Positions 9,791 to 19,486 of a DNA stretch of 61,895 bases are shown here, piece after piece (position 1 is the stretch's first letter; each line of letters opens with the position of its first letter). A program made the translations under genes and the position numbers. Source of the DNA: a virus. Lineage: Duplodnaviria > Caudoviricetes. Location of the stretch: positions 1 to 61,895 of the IMG/VR virus record IMGVR_UViG_3300035564_000051; one strand, given 5' to 3'. Below the pieces are notes generated by a model. The model was not told the DNA's origin. It searched no databases and was given only the letters and a program-made list of their open reading frames with translations.

Positions 9791-10063
9791 ATGTTCGGTG
9801 GATGCTATTTCGGTCAGACATATCCTTCAGGGCAAGTTCAGTGGGTGGCATCTCCAACTCCGCCACCCCCTGTTCCTGTACCGGAGGTCGTGACTCTTCC
9901 CGATCACACTGGAGGAAGCCCTACAAGGTACCGAAGAGATGAATATGAATGGCCTGAGATACTCCGCACACAAGTAAGGGAAAGGGCTTTAGTCAGAAAT
10001 GAATCAGACATCAGAGACATTGTTCAACTCGTAAGGATAGCTCTAGAGGAACTATGCCGGTAA
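9791..10063 (+). CDS. Hypothetical protein, Pro-rich linker
   Basis: Tightly packed ORF with an upstream GGAG. Confidence 0.5.
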   Translation: MFGGCYFGQTYPSGQVQWVASPTPPPPVPVPEVVTLPDHTGGSPTRYRRDEYEWPEILRTQVRERALVRNESDIRDIVQLVRIALEELCR

Positions 10064-13000
10064 ACCCATGCTTCGCAAAATACTTTCCTCAACTGGTCAA
10101 AGCTGATAGAGACCTCATCAGAGAATCTACCCAAGACTATATCAAGAAAGGGATGGATGAGAGAGAGGCTGCCCAAAAAGCTGTTAGTGATAAGATAGAT
10201 TCTCTCAATGCAGATCGCCGCCGCATCCACGAACAGCTCATCGCGGAATCTGAAAAGCTCAATCCTGAATTGGTGAAGGGACTCAGGGAGAAGTACGCGC
10301 CAAAACCAGAGGCCGCGCCGGAAGCAAAGGCCGAACCAACGTCGCAAGAAAAGAAGGAACCCGCGCCAGCCCAAGAAGAACCACCTCTTCGTAAAACCGG
10401 CACAGCCGGAATGCCTCTCTACTCCTTCGCCGCAGGTACAGTCCTCGGCATTCAAAAAGACGATGAAGGCAAGTACACCTACAACCCCGCCATAGGATTA
10501 CTTGGTGGTTTAGCTCTTGGAATGTTATCTCAAAAAGCCCTTGGAGCGTTAAAAGAGATTGAAACGGCTATTGCGAAAAAGGGACTCTCAGCCAAAGCCG
10601 CGGCAACAGAGTTCCAATCTGAGGTAAAGACCTATCTCGAAACTGAGGGCAAGTCGATGAAGCCCGAAGAGAAGGCCGAGATGGAGAAGTTGGCTACGTC
10701 AGAGCGCATCGCCCGTGCAATCCGAATCCAAGAAGGCAAGCAGGAACCTCTCGGTGGCGAGTTCACGCGCAAGCAGGGAATGACCAAGACCCTTCTTGCC
10801 TCAGCCGAAAAGAAGATCAGAGAACAAAGACTCAAGACATCCAGACCCCAGGAGATCACCGTTGAAGGTGGCGGACAGTTCAAAGAAGCTCTGAACAACC
10901 ACCGCCTCGACGCGTTGATGAAGGGCTTGACCGGAAAAGAACTTGTGGACTATGTGAGGCAGAAAGCAGTAGAAGAAATCTCCGCCGCCAAAGAACTAAA
11001 GCAGAAAGACGTTGATTCAGTTGCTCGCTGGCTGCAAAGGCTCGAAATCCGGCAGAAGCGATATGATGTTGAGCAGCGCGTCCGTGATCGTCGCTATGAG
11101 ATTGCCAACAATCTTGCCGACAAGATATTCACCGACAAACTGCCGAAGGAGCTTCAGGAACAGCTTCTTCAAACCGCTTCCCAGTTCCGTCGATCATCCG
11201 ACACGCAAGGAAAGTTCCTAGCAGGCTTCAAATCCCGCGTTTCCGTCATGGCCGATAGCTACGGCGCAGCCGGGGGAGAACTCTCAAACCGCATGTATCA
11301 AGGTGACATCTCCCGCAATCACTTCATGGAACTCGGTGAAGATGCCATTGGTAAGATCAGGGACACCTACGATGACCTCAAGAGCCCGTTTGAGAAACAG
11401 AAGGTCTCTGATGCCGTTATCAACGCTCTCGAACACCGGGACAACCCCAACGAGTATTTGAAAACCGAGCAGCAAAAGGAAGTATTCAAAACCGCAAAGG
11501 GACTCCTTGACCAGTTCAAAACAGAACTCAAGGCAAAGGCGTATGAGGTTCGGGAGGACTATTTCACCCACATCAGGGACGTTGATATTGTTGAACAGGT
11601 AATGAACGACGTTCTCGACCCCAAGAGGGAAAGCGTCGGCAGTCTGAATCAGATGATAAGCGACAAGTCAAGATTCCTGAAACCCCGCATTGATGCAGAA
11701 ATGGAGATTAGGCGGGATCTGCCGTACGTGCTCTCGACCTACGTACGATCGGTCTCGAAAGAACTTGCCTACCGGGATGCAGTCGAATACTACTACTCCC
11801 AATTCCAGAAAGACATTCCCGCAGCCTTGAGGCGCAATAGCATGGATCGGGCAGTAAGGATGATGCGCGGCGCACTGAATCCCGAACGGGGAAGGGGATT
11901 ATTCTACAACGGCATCAGCTTCATCCGTTCAAACGAGTACAGGAACTTCCTCGGAATGAACCTCAAGGCATCAGCCCAGAACATGACTCAGCCGGACTTT
12001 GCGCGTTGGAGATGGTCGCCGGAGGCCAATGCCCTTCAGAAAGAAGTCTGGTCAAAGCGCAAGTCGATCACTGGTCCGCTTGCCGATGCGATTTCAGTTG
12101 CTTCAAGTGATACTCCCCGTTTCCTCGAACTCATCAAGGAGCCAGGAGAAGAGAGAAAACATCTTCTCACAGAGAAGTTCAACCAGATTGACACCTTCCA
12201 ACTCTCTGAAGGCCGCAACTGGTCTGTCTCGGAGATGGGCGCAATACTCAATTCAGCAATGAAGGAACCGAGCTATAAAAAAGCCCTTGAGGCAGCCAAG
12301 GGTGACAAACTCAAGGCCGTTAATACGGTGCTGAAGAGTCAGGATGCCTTTGACCGCGCCGTAAGGGATGCAGCGGTGACATCAGCCGAAACGCAAGTAG
12401 CAAGCGCACCCTCGATGCGTGGAGAGTTCTACGACGATCCCCTAAAGCGTGTTATCGGAATGTTCACAGCATTCAAGATGCGCCAGTTGCAGGTACTCGG
12501 GGCCGCCCTCGGCAAACAGGAAGGAATCAACGGAGCTCGCGCCAAGATGATCCTGCGGCGCGGAATGAGTGGTGAAGTTGCTCCCGTGGAAGTATTGCGT
12601 GAAGTCGAAACAAACCGCGTAGCTCTTGAGAAGATGCTCAAAGAAGCCCAAAAGACCAAAGAGGACATTGGCGTTTCCTATGACAATGCCCAGACGTACA
12701 TCAATTATCTAAAGACTCAAGAACAAAGTCTCAATCAAATCATCAAGCAGATCGAACCCCTGGGCGGTGGCCGCGGCCGTCAGAGCGCGCTCGTCGGGAA
12801 ATACTTTCTGAAGGTCGCCGGAATCTCAATGGCATTCTCCCTTCTCTGGGATTCAGTGGACTACGCCATCACTGGAAACGAAAAGAAACAAGAGGACATG
12901 GTTCCTCGCGCAATGCAGAAGGCATTCTGGGATGTCTTTCCCTCTCCGATGTATGGCATGGACCCCGGCAAGTTCCTTGTCTCTCCGGTACTTCCAAGTC

Positions 13001-13290
13001 TTGAACACGCTATGAACTACGGGAAATTCTCAGGCCGCGGATTGGCAACAGACATTACCAGCTATGGATTGAATATGCTTCCGTTCCTCGGATTGATCGA
13101 CCGCGCCACGGGAAAGCATCTCGCAAAAGGAATTGTGAATCTCGTCGTTCCGCCTAAAGAAAAGCAAGCGCCATCGGGCATCAAGGCCGCGCCGATAGGA
13201 AAACAGACCGGGAAAACAAAGATTGGCGGCAAGTCCATCGGTTCAAACACACCGGACTACCTGGGAATGCTCGCGAACTCTAGGTCTTGA
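10054..13290 (+). CDS. Large internal virion (DNA ejection) protein (1078 aa)
   Basis: Long alpha-helical ORF with hydrophobic hairpin LYSFAAGTVLG...IGLLGGLALGML and C-terminal hydrophobic segments; last gene of the virion block. Confidence 0.6.
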   Translation: MPVNPCFAKYFPQLVKADRDLIRESTQDYIKKGMDEREAAQKAVSDKIDSLNADRRRIHEQLIAESEKLNPELVKGLREKYAPKPEAAPEAKAEPTSQEKKEPAPAQEEPPLRKTGTAGMPLYSFAAGTVLGIQKDDEGKYTYNPAIGLLGGLALGMLSQKALGALKEIETAIAKKGLSAKAAATEFQSEVKTYLETEGKSMKPEEKAEMEKLATSERIARAIRIQEGKQEPLGGEFTRKQGMTKTLLASAEKKIREQRLKTSRPQEITVEGGGQFKEALNNHRLDALMKGLTGKELVDYVRQKAVEEISAAKELKQKDVDSVARWLQRLEIRQKRYDVEQRVRDRRYEIANNLADKIFTDKLPKELQEQLLQTASQFRRSSDTQGKFLAGFKSRVSVMADSYGAAGGELSNRMYQGDISRNHFMELGEDAIGKIRDTYDDLKSPFEKQKVSDAVINALEHRDNPNEYLKTEQQKEVFKTAKGLLDQFKTELKAKAYEVREDYFTHIRDVDIVEQVMNDVLDPKRESVGSLNQMISDKSRFLKPRIDAEMEIRRDLPYVLSTYVRSVSKELAYRDAVEYYYSQFQKDIPAALRRNSMDRAVRMMRGALNPERGRGLFYNGISFIRSNEYRNFLGMNLKASAQNMTQPDFARWRWSPEANALQKEVWSKRKSITGPLADAISVASSDTPRFLELIKEPGEERKHLLTEKFNQIDTFQLSEGRNWSVSEMGAILNSAMKEPSYKKALEAAKGDKLKAVNTVLKSQDAFDRAVRDAAVTSAETQVASAPSMRGEFYDDPLKRVIGMFTAFKMRQLQVLGAALGKQEGINGARAKMILRRGMSGEVAPVEVLREVETNRVALEKMLKEAQKTKEDIGVSYDNAQTYINYLKTQEQSLNQIIKQIEPLGGGRGRQSALVGKYFLKVAGISMAFSLLWDSVDYAITGNEKKQEDMVPRAMQKAFWDVFPSPMYGMDPGKFLVSPVLPSLEHAMNYGKFSGRGLATDITSYGLNMLPFLGLIDRATGKHLAKGIVNLVVPPKEKQAPSGIKAAPIGKQTGKTKIGGKSIGSNTPDYLGMLANSRS

Positions 13291-13462
13291 TGCGGGAGAA
13301 AACGTAGCTGTAAGAGAAGAAGAAAGCCCAACACACAGCACAGTAAAAGGCGGCTCGAATGAAGTTGGAAACATCAAGAACTTGTCCGACAAAGAACAAA
13401 GCACACGCGACAACGCTGATTCCAAGAAAGGCCAGTAGCCGGTATGTATCAACTTTCTTCAC
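13280..13462 (-). CDS. Small two-TM membrane protein, opposite strand
   Basis: (V/M)KKVDTYRLLAFLGISVVACALFFVG...FIRAAFYCAVCWAFFFSY; fills the gap between two + genes; AGTAGG upstream of the GTG start. Confidence 0.6.
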   Translation of the reverse strand: MKKVDTYRLLAFLGISVVACALFFVGQVLDVSNFIRAAFYCAVCWAFFFSYSYVFSRIKT

Positions 13463-13536
13463 ACACAAACCTACTCATTCTGTGAATGACTGTCAACTGG
13501 ACAAATATGTCGCACTCACTTTGAGCCTTGAAAACA

Positions 13537-15867
13537 ATGGATGAATCACTCAAAAGTAAATGTTGCTGCGTGATAGATTTCGGAACCTGGCCCGAATTAG
13601 CCATCCGCCTCTCGCGTGAGTTCGGACGGGTACTCTATTTCTCCGCGTGGATTCAGGCATTCCCGAAACGAAACGACTATCAGGTAGGCATTGGTCTCGA
13701 CGGTGTAGAGCGAATAAGCGATTGGGAATCTCACTTTGACGAGATCGACCTTTTTGTTTTCCCACACCTCTACAACGCGCCGCTGCAAAATCTTCTTCGC
13801 TCGATGGGGAAACTCGTCTGGGGCAACGGTGGTGCAGAAGAAGCCGAACTCGACCGCTTCGCATTCAAGAAGTGGATGGAGCAGGTTGGCCTTCCGGTAG
13901 TTCCTACCGCGCAAATCATCGGCATGAAAGCTCTGAGAGACCATCTGAAGAAGGTCGAGGACAAGTACATCAAGACCAGCCGCTTTAGAGGCGATCAAGA
14001 AACCTGGCATCATGTCGATTATGAAACCTCAGAATCCTTCCTCGACAAAAGAGAGTACTCACTTGGCCCAATCAAAGATCAGGTGGAGTTCTTGGTGGAA
14101 GATTCAGTCAAGGGCATTGAGGTAGGTTTTGACGGCTGGACAATCAACGGGCAGTACCCCGAAGTGGCCTCACTGGGTTATGAGATCAAGGATGTCGGAT
14201 TTGTCGGAGTCATCAAACCCTATTCTGAATTTCCACCTGAGATGACAGCCATCAACGAGAAGATGTCGATGATCTTTCAGACAAATAAGTCTCGCGGATG
14301 GTACTCGAATGAAGTGCGAATCACGGAGGATGGAAGATTCTATTTGACTGATCCTACAATTCGATGCTTCAGCTCTGACACGGAGATTCTTACCGAGAAT
14401 GGATGGAAGTTGTTCCCCAATCTCATTCGCGGCGAGAAAGTAGCAACGCTGAACCCCGAGACCCGCCAGATCGAATATCAATCACCAACGGCATACATCG
14501 GCTATCCGTACGCAGGGGAGATGGTCTCGATTAAGTCGGACGGAAGAAGCCTTGACCAGCTCGTTACGCCCAATCACAACGTCTGGTATCTGACGCGCAA
14601 AGATACGGGACACGCCGAGCGGCTAACATCCTGCCGCGCCGATCAAATGTCCGGCAAGATGCGAATTCCCCGAACGGGAACATGGGTGGGGGAAGAACAG
14701 CCATTCTTCCAGCTTCCCGCGTATTCAAACGAATGGGATTCTGGAATGAATGGAAAAATTCACAAGAGAAAATACTGCCCGCCGATTGACATTGAGATGG
14801 ACCTTTGGCTCAAGTTCCTTGGGTTCTATTTGTCTGAGGGATCTTGTCATGGTGGCGGATGGTCGGTTCAGGTGACGCAGACGAAGCACCTAGAGGAATT
14901 CAGGTTCGTTATCGCACAACTTCCGTTTCCTTGGGGCGAGGACAAGGGCGGGCTTGCGCTACACTCGGTTCAGCTTCATCAATACCTAAGACAGTTCGGG
15001 CTTTGCGACAAGAAGTTCGTTCCTGATTTCGTTAAGAGGTTATCGCCACGCCAAATCAACATTTTCCTTGATGCGTACACGATGGGAGATGGCTACGTCA
15101 AGGGTGGCATCCAAAGAATAATCTCCACGACATCAAAACGAATGGCTGATGATCTTCAAGAGCTTTTCTTCAAGGTGGGTTCATTGGCGAACATCCGAAG
15201 AGACAGAGTAAAAGGAACACCAATGAGTGTTCGAGGTGGAAAAATCTATATCAGAAATCACGATGGCTATGTAGTGAAGGAGCGATCCCGCCGCTCGGTA
15301 TTCTATCTCGATACCTGCGACAAACGGTATAATTACGTCAAGCGCGTTCCATACGAAGGAATGGTGTTCGATGTGACAGTTCCCAACGGAATCGTCTATG
15401 TTCGCCGCAATGGGAAGCCCGGATGGTCCGGCAACTGTCCCTATCCACCCGGCGAAGCTCTGATGGAAGTCTATGAGAACCTCGGGGAAATTCTTTACTA
15501 CGGCGCGCAAGGCCAAATGGTAGTTCCGCGACCCTTAACCAAATACTTCGCCATTGCGCGCATCGAAGCTCCGACAAGTGAGGATGATTGGAACACTCTC
15601 TTCTTCCCGCCCGAACTCCGTCAGTGGATCAAGCTCCACGATCTTACCATCATCAATGGCAGATCCTATACCGTTCCCCACAGAATCGAAGAGTGGACGC
15701 GCATAGGAAGTGTGATTGGTTTTGGCGATACGGTCGATGATGCGATTGGAACAGTAAGGGAAAGAGCCGAGCAACTCAAGGGGTTCAAGCTCAGTACCAC
15801 CGAAGACAAACTTGATGAGGCGAAAGACGCGATTCAGGCAGGAGAGGAAGCAGGAATTGAATTCTAG
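13537..15867 (+). CDS. PurD-like ATP-grasp ligase containing an intein
   Basis: Exteins total about 420 aa, with AEEAELDRFAFKKWMEQVGLP, FLVEDSVKGIEVGFDG and YLTDPTIR|CPYPP, resembling glycinamide ribonucleotide synthetase-type ATP-grasp motifs. Confidence 0.75.
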   Translation: MDESLKSKCCCVIDFGTWPELAIRLSREFGRVLYFSAWIQAFPKRNDYQVGIGLDGVERISDWESHFDEIDLFVFPHLYNAPLQNLLRSMGKLVWGNGGAEEAELDRFAFKKWMEQVGLPVVPTAQIIGMKALRDHLKKVEDKYIKTSRFRGDQETWHHVDYETSESFLDKREYSLGPIKDQVEFLVEDSVKGIEVGFDGWTINGQYPEVASLGYEIKDVGFVGVIKPYSEFPPEMTAINEKMSMIFQTNKSRGWYSNEVRITEDGRFYLTDPTIRCFSSDTEILTENGWKLFPNLIRGEKVATLNPETRQIEYQSPTAYIGYPYAGEMVSIKSDGRSLDQLVTPNHNVWYLTRKDTGHAERLTSCRADQMSGKMRIPRTGTWVGEEQPFFQLPAYSNEWDSGMNGKIHKRKYCPPIDIEMDLWLKFLGFYLSEGSCHGGGWSVQVTQTKHLEEFRFVIAQLPFPWGEDKGGLALHSVQLHQYLRQFGLCDKKFVPDFVKRLSPRQINIFLDAYTMGDGYVKGGIQRIISTTSKRMADDLQELFFKVGSLANIRRDRVKGTPMSVRGGKIYIRNHDGYVVKERSRRSVFYLDTCDKRYNYVKRVPYEGMVFDVTVPNGIVYVRRNGKPGWSGNCPYPPGEALMEVYENLGEILYYGAQGQMVVPRPLTKYFAIARIEAPTSEDDWNTLFFPPELRQWIKLHDLTIINGRSYTVPHRIEEWTRIGSVIGFGDTVDDAIGTVRERAEQLKGFKLSTTEDKLDEAKDAIQAGEEAGIEF
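14365..15435 (+). mobile_element. Intein (357 aa) with LAGLIDADG homing endonuclease
   Basis: Block A CFSSDTEILTENGW; block B VTPNH; LAGLIDADG-like FLGFYLSEGS and FLDAYTMGDG; C-terminal VFDVTVPNGIVYVRRNGKPGWSGN followed by +1 Cys. Confidence 0.93.
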
Positions 15868-15876
15868 GAGAATGAT

Positions 15877-16380
15877 ATGATTATCAGATTCAAACCTGAA
15901 CAATGGAACCGATTCAAAGCGCAGATCATGGAACTTGAGAGAATCTGTTTCGGTGGCAAACTGGAAATGAGCGAGGCCGACACAAAGGAATGTATGTGTG
16001 CGCCGGGGGCGCTGGTCTATCTGGCAACATTCAACGGCGTTGTGATTGGAAATACCTATGGAAACATTCTCTCGAAGATTGACAAAGCATGGTTTGAGAA
16101 TCATTGGAACCCGCGCAACTATAAGCACGATGGCCCCAAGACGGTCTATATCACATCAACAGCCGTTCATCCCGACTTCCGCGGTCAGCACATTGCGACG
16201 AAGCTAAAAAAGGCAATGATGAAGGATTTGAGACAGAGGGGTTTCCGGTATGTCATTGGTCACGCGCACAAAGGCCCCATGCTCACAATCAACGAGAAAC
16301 TAGGCGCAAAGGTCATTCAGAAATTCCCGCGCTGGTACGGTTCAAAACAAACGCACTACCTATATGAGATCGAACTTTAA
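15877..16380 (+). CDS. GNAT-family acetyltransferase
   Basis: Acetyl-CoA motif A: YITSTAVHPDFRGQHIATKLK; SD AGGAG. Confidence 0.88.
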   Translation: MIIRFKPEQWNRFKAQIMELERICFGGKLEMSEADTKECMCAPGALVYLATFNGVVIGNTYGNILSKIDKAWFENHWNPRNYKHDGPKTVYITSTAVHPDFRGQHIATKLKKAMMKDLRQRGFRYVIGHAHKGPMLTINEKLGAKVIQKFPRWYGSKQTHYLYEIEL

Positions 16381-16804
16381 GCAGGATAGAGACTACAACT
16401 GTGGCATCTTCGCGAGCATGTATGTGTTGTGGAATTTCTGCGGCATTCGGAAACTCAACCCGCGATTCTTGGAAGAACTCGCATGGACCAAAAAGAGAGA
16501 TGGTACTAGACACGAAGGAATCTGTGAGATATTCAGGCACTATCAGATTGACACCGAATATGGAACCGGAACAATCGACCTCATTCGCGGCAAGGTTCCA
16601 GTGATCGTCAACTTCCAGCTTGACAGAAGCGGGCACTACGGCGTTATCATTGGTTGGAATGGTAGTGAAGTTCACCTATGGGAACCCTGGGGTGCGAAAA
16701 GTTATTGGTTGAGAGGGTCGGACTTCGATAAAATTTGGTTCAGCAAAAGGTTCGGTTCGCACTGGTTTTTACATCCATTTAACACGAAGGCGGCTTTGAC
16801 CTAG
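16364..16804 (+). CDS. C39-like papain-fold cysteine peptidase
   Basis: QDRDYNCG (oxyanion Gln, catalytic Cys), GHYGVIIG (His), WEPW (acidic residue); stand-alone, no ABC domain. Confidence 0.8.
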   Translation: MRSNFKQDRDYNCGIFASMYVLWNFCGIRKLNPRFLEELAWTKKRDGTRHEGICEIFRHYQIDTEYGTGTIDLIRGKVPVIVNFQLDRSGHYGVIIGWNGSEVHLWEPWGAKSYWLRGSDFDKIWFSKRFGSHWFLHPFNTKAALT

Positions 16805-16845
16805 AAACTTATGAATCTTAACACGCGGCTACCAGCGGAGGCTTT

Positions 16846-17262
16846 ATGATGTCCAAGAAAGAAAGAGAGATGTTTTTGGATCTTCACGCGAAAGTCACGG
16901 AAACACACGAAGGCATACAATTCATCCGTTACGGAATCAAGGTCAATGGACAGGAGGGATTGGAGCCGATTCTGGCAGAAAATCATGCGGTCAACAAAGA
17001 ACTCAAGTCTGATGTTAAAGACCTCAAAGACCGAACGAACTTCCTTTGGAAGATCACCGCCAAAACTCGCACCAGTTATGAACTCTGGGGTGCAATCCAA
17101 AGATGGGCCGAGCAGCACAAGATGTTCGCCTTCATGTTCAAAATACTTCTCAACAAGACAATGGCAAAGGTGCTGCTGATATTTTTGGGGATTATCTGTG
17201 TTGCTCTCTTTGGTGATAGCGCGCTCAACCTGCTAAACAGAATTGCTCACTTACTCAAATAG
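16846..17262 (+). CDS. Membrane protein (coiled coil + C-terminal TM), possible lysis accessory
   Basis: C-terminal VLLIFLGIICVALFG; SD GGAGG. Confidence 0.5.
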   Translation: MMSKKEREMFLDLHAKVTETHEGIQFIRYGIKVNGQEGLEPILAENHAVNKELKSDVKDLKDRTNFLWKITAKTRTSYELWGAIQRWAEQHKMFAFMFKILLNKTMAKVLLIFLGIICVALFGDSALNLLNRIAHLLK

Positions 17263-17272
17263 GAGGATAGTC

Positions 17273-17644
17273 ATGCACCCAATTCTCGCTATAAAACATT
17301 TCTTTGCCGGACTGTGGAAAGTGATTGTCGCGGTGGTAAGTTTCTTCGCCGCTGCTCTGACAGAAGCAGACGGCAACGGTGGCAAGGCTTCATTTGCCCG
17401 ACTGATGGGAACCTACGTCACCATCAGGATTGTAGAGTCAGAGATTCGCGGCGGCGCGGTCTCGCCCAATCTTATGACAATCTTCTGGGTGCTGGTAGGT
17501 TTTGCAATGGTCTCGAAAGTGCTGGCTCAGATGTCGCCTGCCGTGCTTGATATTGCAAGATCGTTTCTCGTCAAGGCTGGTGTTACGGTGAAATTGCCGG
17601 AGACCACGACTACCACTACCACACAGACGGAGACAAAGACATGA
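17273..17644 (+). CDS. Holin-like membrane protein
   Basis: Two to three hydrophobic segments, poly-Thr tail, SD AGGAGG, upstream of the endolysin. Confidence 0.45.
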   Translation: MHPILAIKHFFAGLWKVIVAVVSFFAAALTEADGNGGKASFARLMGTYVTIRIVESEIRGGAVSPNLMTIFWVLVGFAMVSKVLAQMSPAVLDIARSFLVKAGVTVKLPETTTTTTTQTETKT

Positions 17645-18054
17645 TCGAGCTTCTCGCTATCCTTCTGTTCGCCATAAGCCCGTTTGTCTGGGCGTGGTTT
17701 GAACATTTCATCTTTGACCTGCGGGATCTTCACATCGGCCCGCCGGATGTTCCCATTCCCGAGGTTCAACTTGTCTGGGAGTATCACGGTCCAATGGCCT
17801 TCATCGTCTTTACGCTCTCGGCGCTTCTCTCCATAATCTTCACAACTTGGCTCTGCCTGCTCTTGGCTGGCATCTGGCTCTTTGTTGAGGATGTTGCTTA
17901 CACGGTGATATTCTACCTGTGGAAGCGGAAGAAGGGACTATCGCAAAAGGATGCTTGGGCTGCAGCCGTTGAAGCCGATACGTTCGGCAAATACATCTAC
18001 TACGCATGGACTGTCGGATTCATCTACACCGTGACGGTGCTGTTTATTCTCTAA
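17641..18054 (+). CDS. Multi-pass membrane protein
   Basis: About four hydrophobic segments; ATGA overlap. Confidence 0.6.
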   Translation: MIELLAILLFAISPFVWAWFEHFIFDLRDLHIGPPDVPIPEVQLVWEYHGPMAFIVFTLSALLSIIFTTWLCLLLAGIWLFVEDVAYTVIFYLWKRKKGLSQKDAWAAAVEADTFGKYIYYAWTVGFIYTVTVLFIL

Positions 18055-18072
18055 CAATCTGACAGGGAGATT

Positions 18073-19131
18073 ATGGCGACAAAGCCAATCAGCGAGAATG
18101 TAAATTTCCCGAAATGGATGGCAAGGTTCAAAGAAATCAAGCATCTCGGCGGATATGTACAAGCTAGAAAGATGCGGAAGTTATTCGGTGGAAGTCTCAA
18201 TACATGGAAGACGCGAGTTGGTATGTTGGCAGATTTACTTGACGACCAATCGCGTAAAGAACGGCAACTCACCGAACAGGAAAAAGAGCAATACTTCGTA
18301 CAGAAAATCCTACTGCGGCCATATCCCTACCGCTTCCCCGGCCACAAGTTTGCAAGGAAGATCGACCTCGCCAAGACCCTGATTATCAGTGATCCACACG
18401 CGCCATACGAAAGCAAGAAACTCCAGGCTAAGATCCTTGCCGAAGAACACAATGCCGGACATTTGCACATCAATGGAGATGCGGCAGACTTCTATTCCAA
18501 GTCAAGGTTCCCAAAGGCTCAAGGACACATTGACTTCTATGCAGAGATCAGGGGTGTGTTCGACTATCTTGAGTGGTGCGCGATTCATTGGCATCGGGTA
18601 ACGATCATCCGGGGCAACCACGATGACCGACCAAAGAAAATGCTCATCGACTCACTCAAGTCTGATGAACTCTGGATGGTTGACTACGACCTCTTGAAAA
18701 GAATCACCTCCTACCTGCCGAACATCGAGCTGGTAGGGGAGAGGGTCAAGTCTGAGGAAAACGGTGATGTGCCGATAGAATTTGTTTGGCAGTTCGGGGA
18801 TGTGGTTTTCACTCACATCGAACGCTCACAGGTGCAGGCAAGCGGACTGCTCAAGACGGTTCACGATATGCTCATTGAGTGGTCGGAACATTTCAACCTG
18901 CAACCGTTCAAGTTCTTCGTTCAGGGACACAACCATAGGTGTGATACGAACCTTGTCGGGGGAAAGACTGGGTTCCTCTGTCCAATGGCCGCAGATCCAA
19001 CGGGAATGGGATTGAGGTATATCTATCATCCTTCAATGAGGGGGAAAGCCCCGGTTCTCGGTTACGCGGTTCTTGTCCGTGAGCATGGAAAAACAGTTTT
19101 CAACAAATCAAGAATCTATCGCTTGGAGTGA
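18073..19131 (+). CDS. Calcineurin-like metallophosphoesterase
   Basis: Motifs SDPH, NGD-AAD, GNHD, FTH and GHNH in the expected order. Confidence 0.88.
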   Translation: MATKPISENVNFPKWMARFKEIKHLGGYVQARKMRKLFGGSLNTWKTRVGMLADLLDDQSRKERQLTEQEKEQYFVQKILLRPYPYRFPGHKFARKIDLAKTLIISDPHAPYESKKLQAKILAEEHNAGHLHINGDAADFYSKSRFPKAQGHIDFYAEIRGVFDYLEWCAIHWHRVTIIRGNHDDRPKKMLIDSLKSDELWMVDYDLLKRITSYLPNIELVGERVKSEENGDVPIEFVWQFGDVVFTHIERSQVQASGLLKTVHDMLIEWSEHFNLQPFKFFVQGHNHRCDTNLVGGKTGFLCPMAADPTGMGLRYIYHPSMRGKAPVLGYAVLVREHGKTVFNKSRIYRLE

Positions 19132-19132
19132 A

Positions 19133-19486
19133 ATGAAAACAGTGTACGTAGCAGGACCGTATAGCAAAGGGGATTGCGCTCGCAATGTCCGCAACGCTAT
19201 CGACCTTCAAGAGTATCTCTACTGCAAGGGTTTCCATGTGTACAATCCACTGCTGACGCATTTCGTACACATGGTTCATCACCGGCCCTATGCTTTCTGG
19301 TTGAAAGAAGATATGTACTGGCTCTCAAAGTGTGATGCTCTAGTGAGGATTCAAGGTGAATCTTCCGGCGCTGACGGAGAAGTACAGGAAGCAATCAAAC
19401 TGAAAATCCCAGTAGGGGAGTTCCTCGGATTTTCTGCCGCGGGATTAAGTGCGCTGGATAAGTGGCTCGAAACATTGGAGGCTTAA
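19133..19486 (+). CDS. Nucleoside 2-deoxyribosyltransferase-like (DUF4406/DUF1937-type) protein
   Basis: VYVAGPYS ... YNP ... LSKCDAL ... SSGADGE pattern. Confidence 0.75.
   Translation: MKTVYVAGPYSKGDCARNVRNAIDLQEYLYCKGFHVYNPLLTHFVHMVHHRPYAFWLKEDMYWLSKCDALVRIQGESSGADGEVQEAIKLKIPVGEFLGFSAAGLSALDKWLETLEA

Noticed and set aside
13359-13544. RiPP precursor peptide for the ATP-grasp cassette
   Set aside because: No clear double-glycine leader or repeated core motif, and it overlaps the more convincing minus-strand membrane gene.
13537-15867. Genuine purD auxiliary metabolic gene
   Set aside because: No other pur genes, the PurD EFNxRFGDPE motif is replaced by DPTIRCPYPP, and the gene lies in the late region; symbol withheld.
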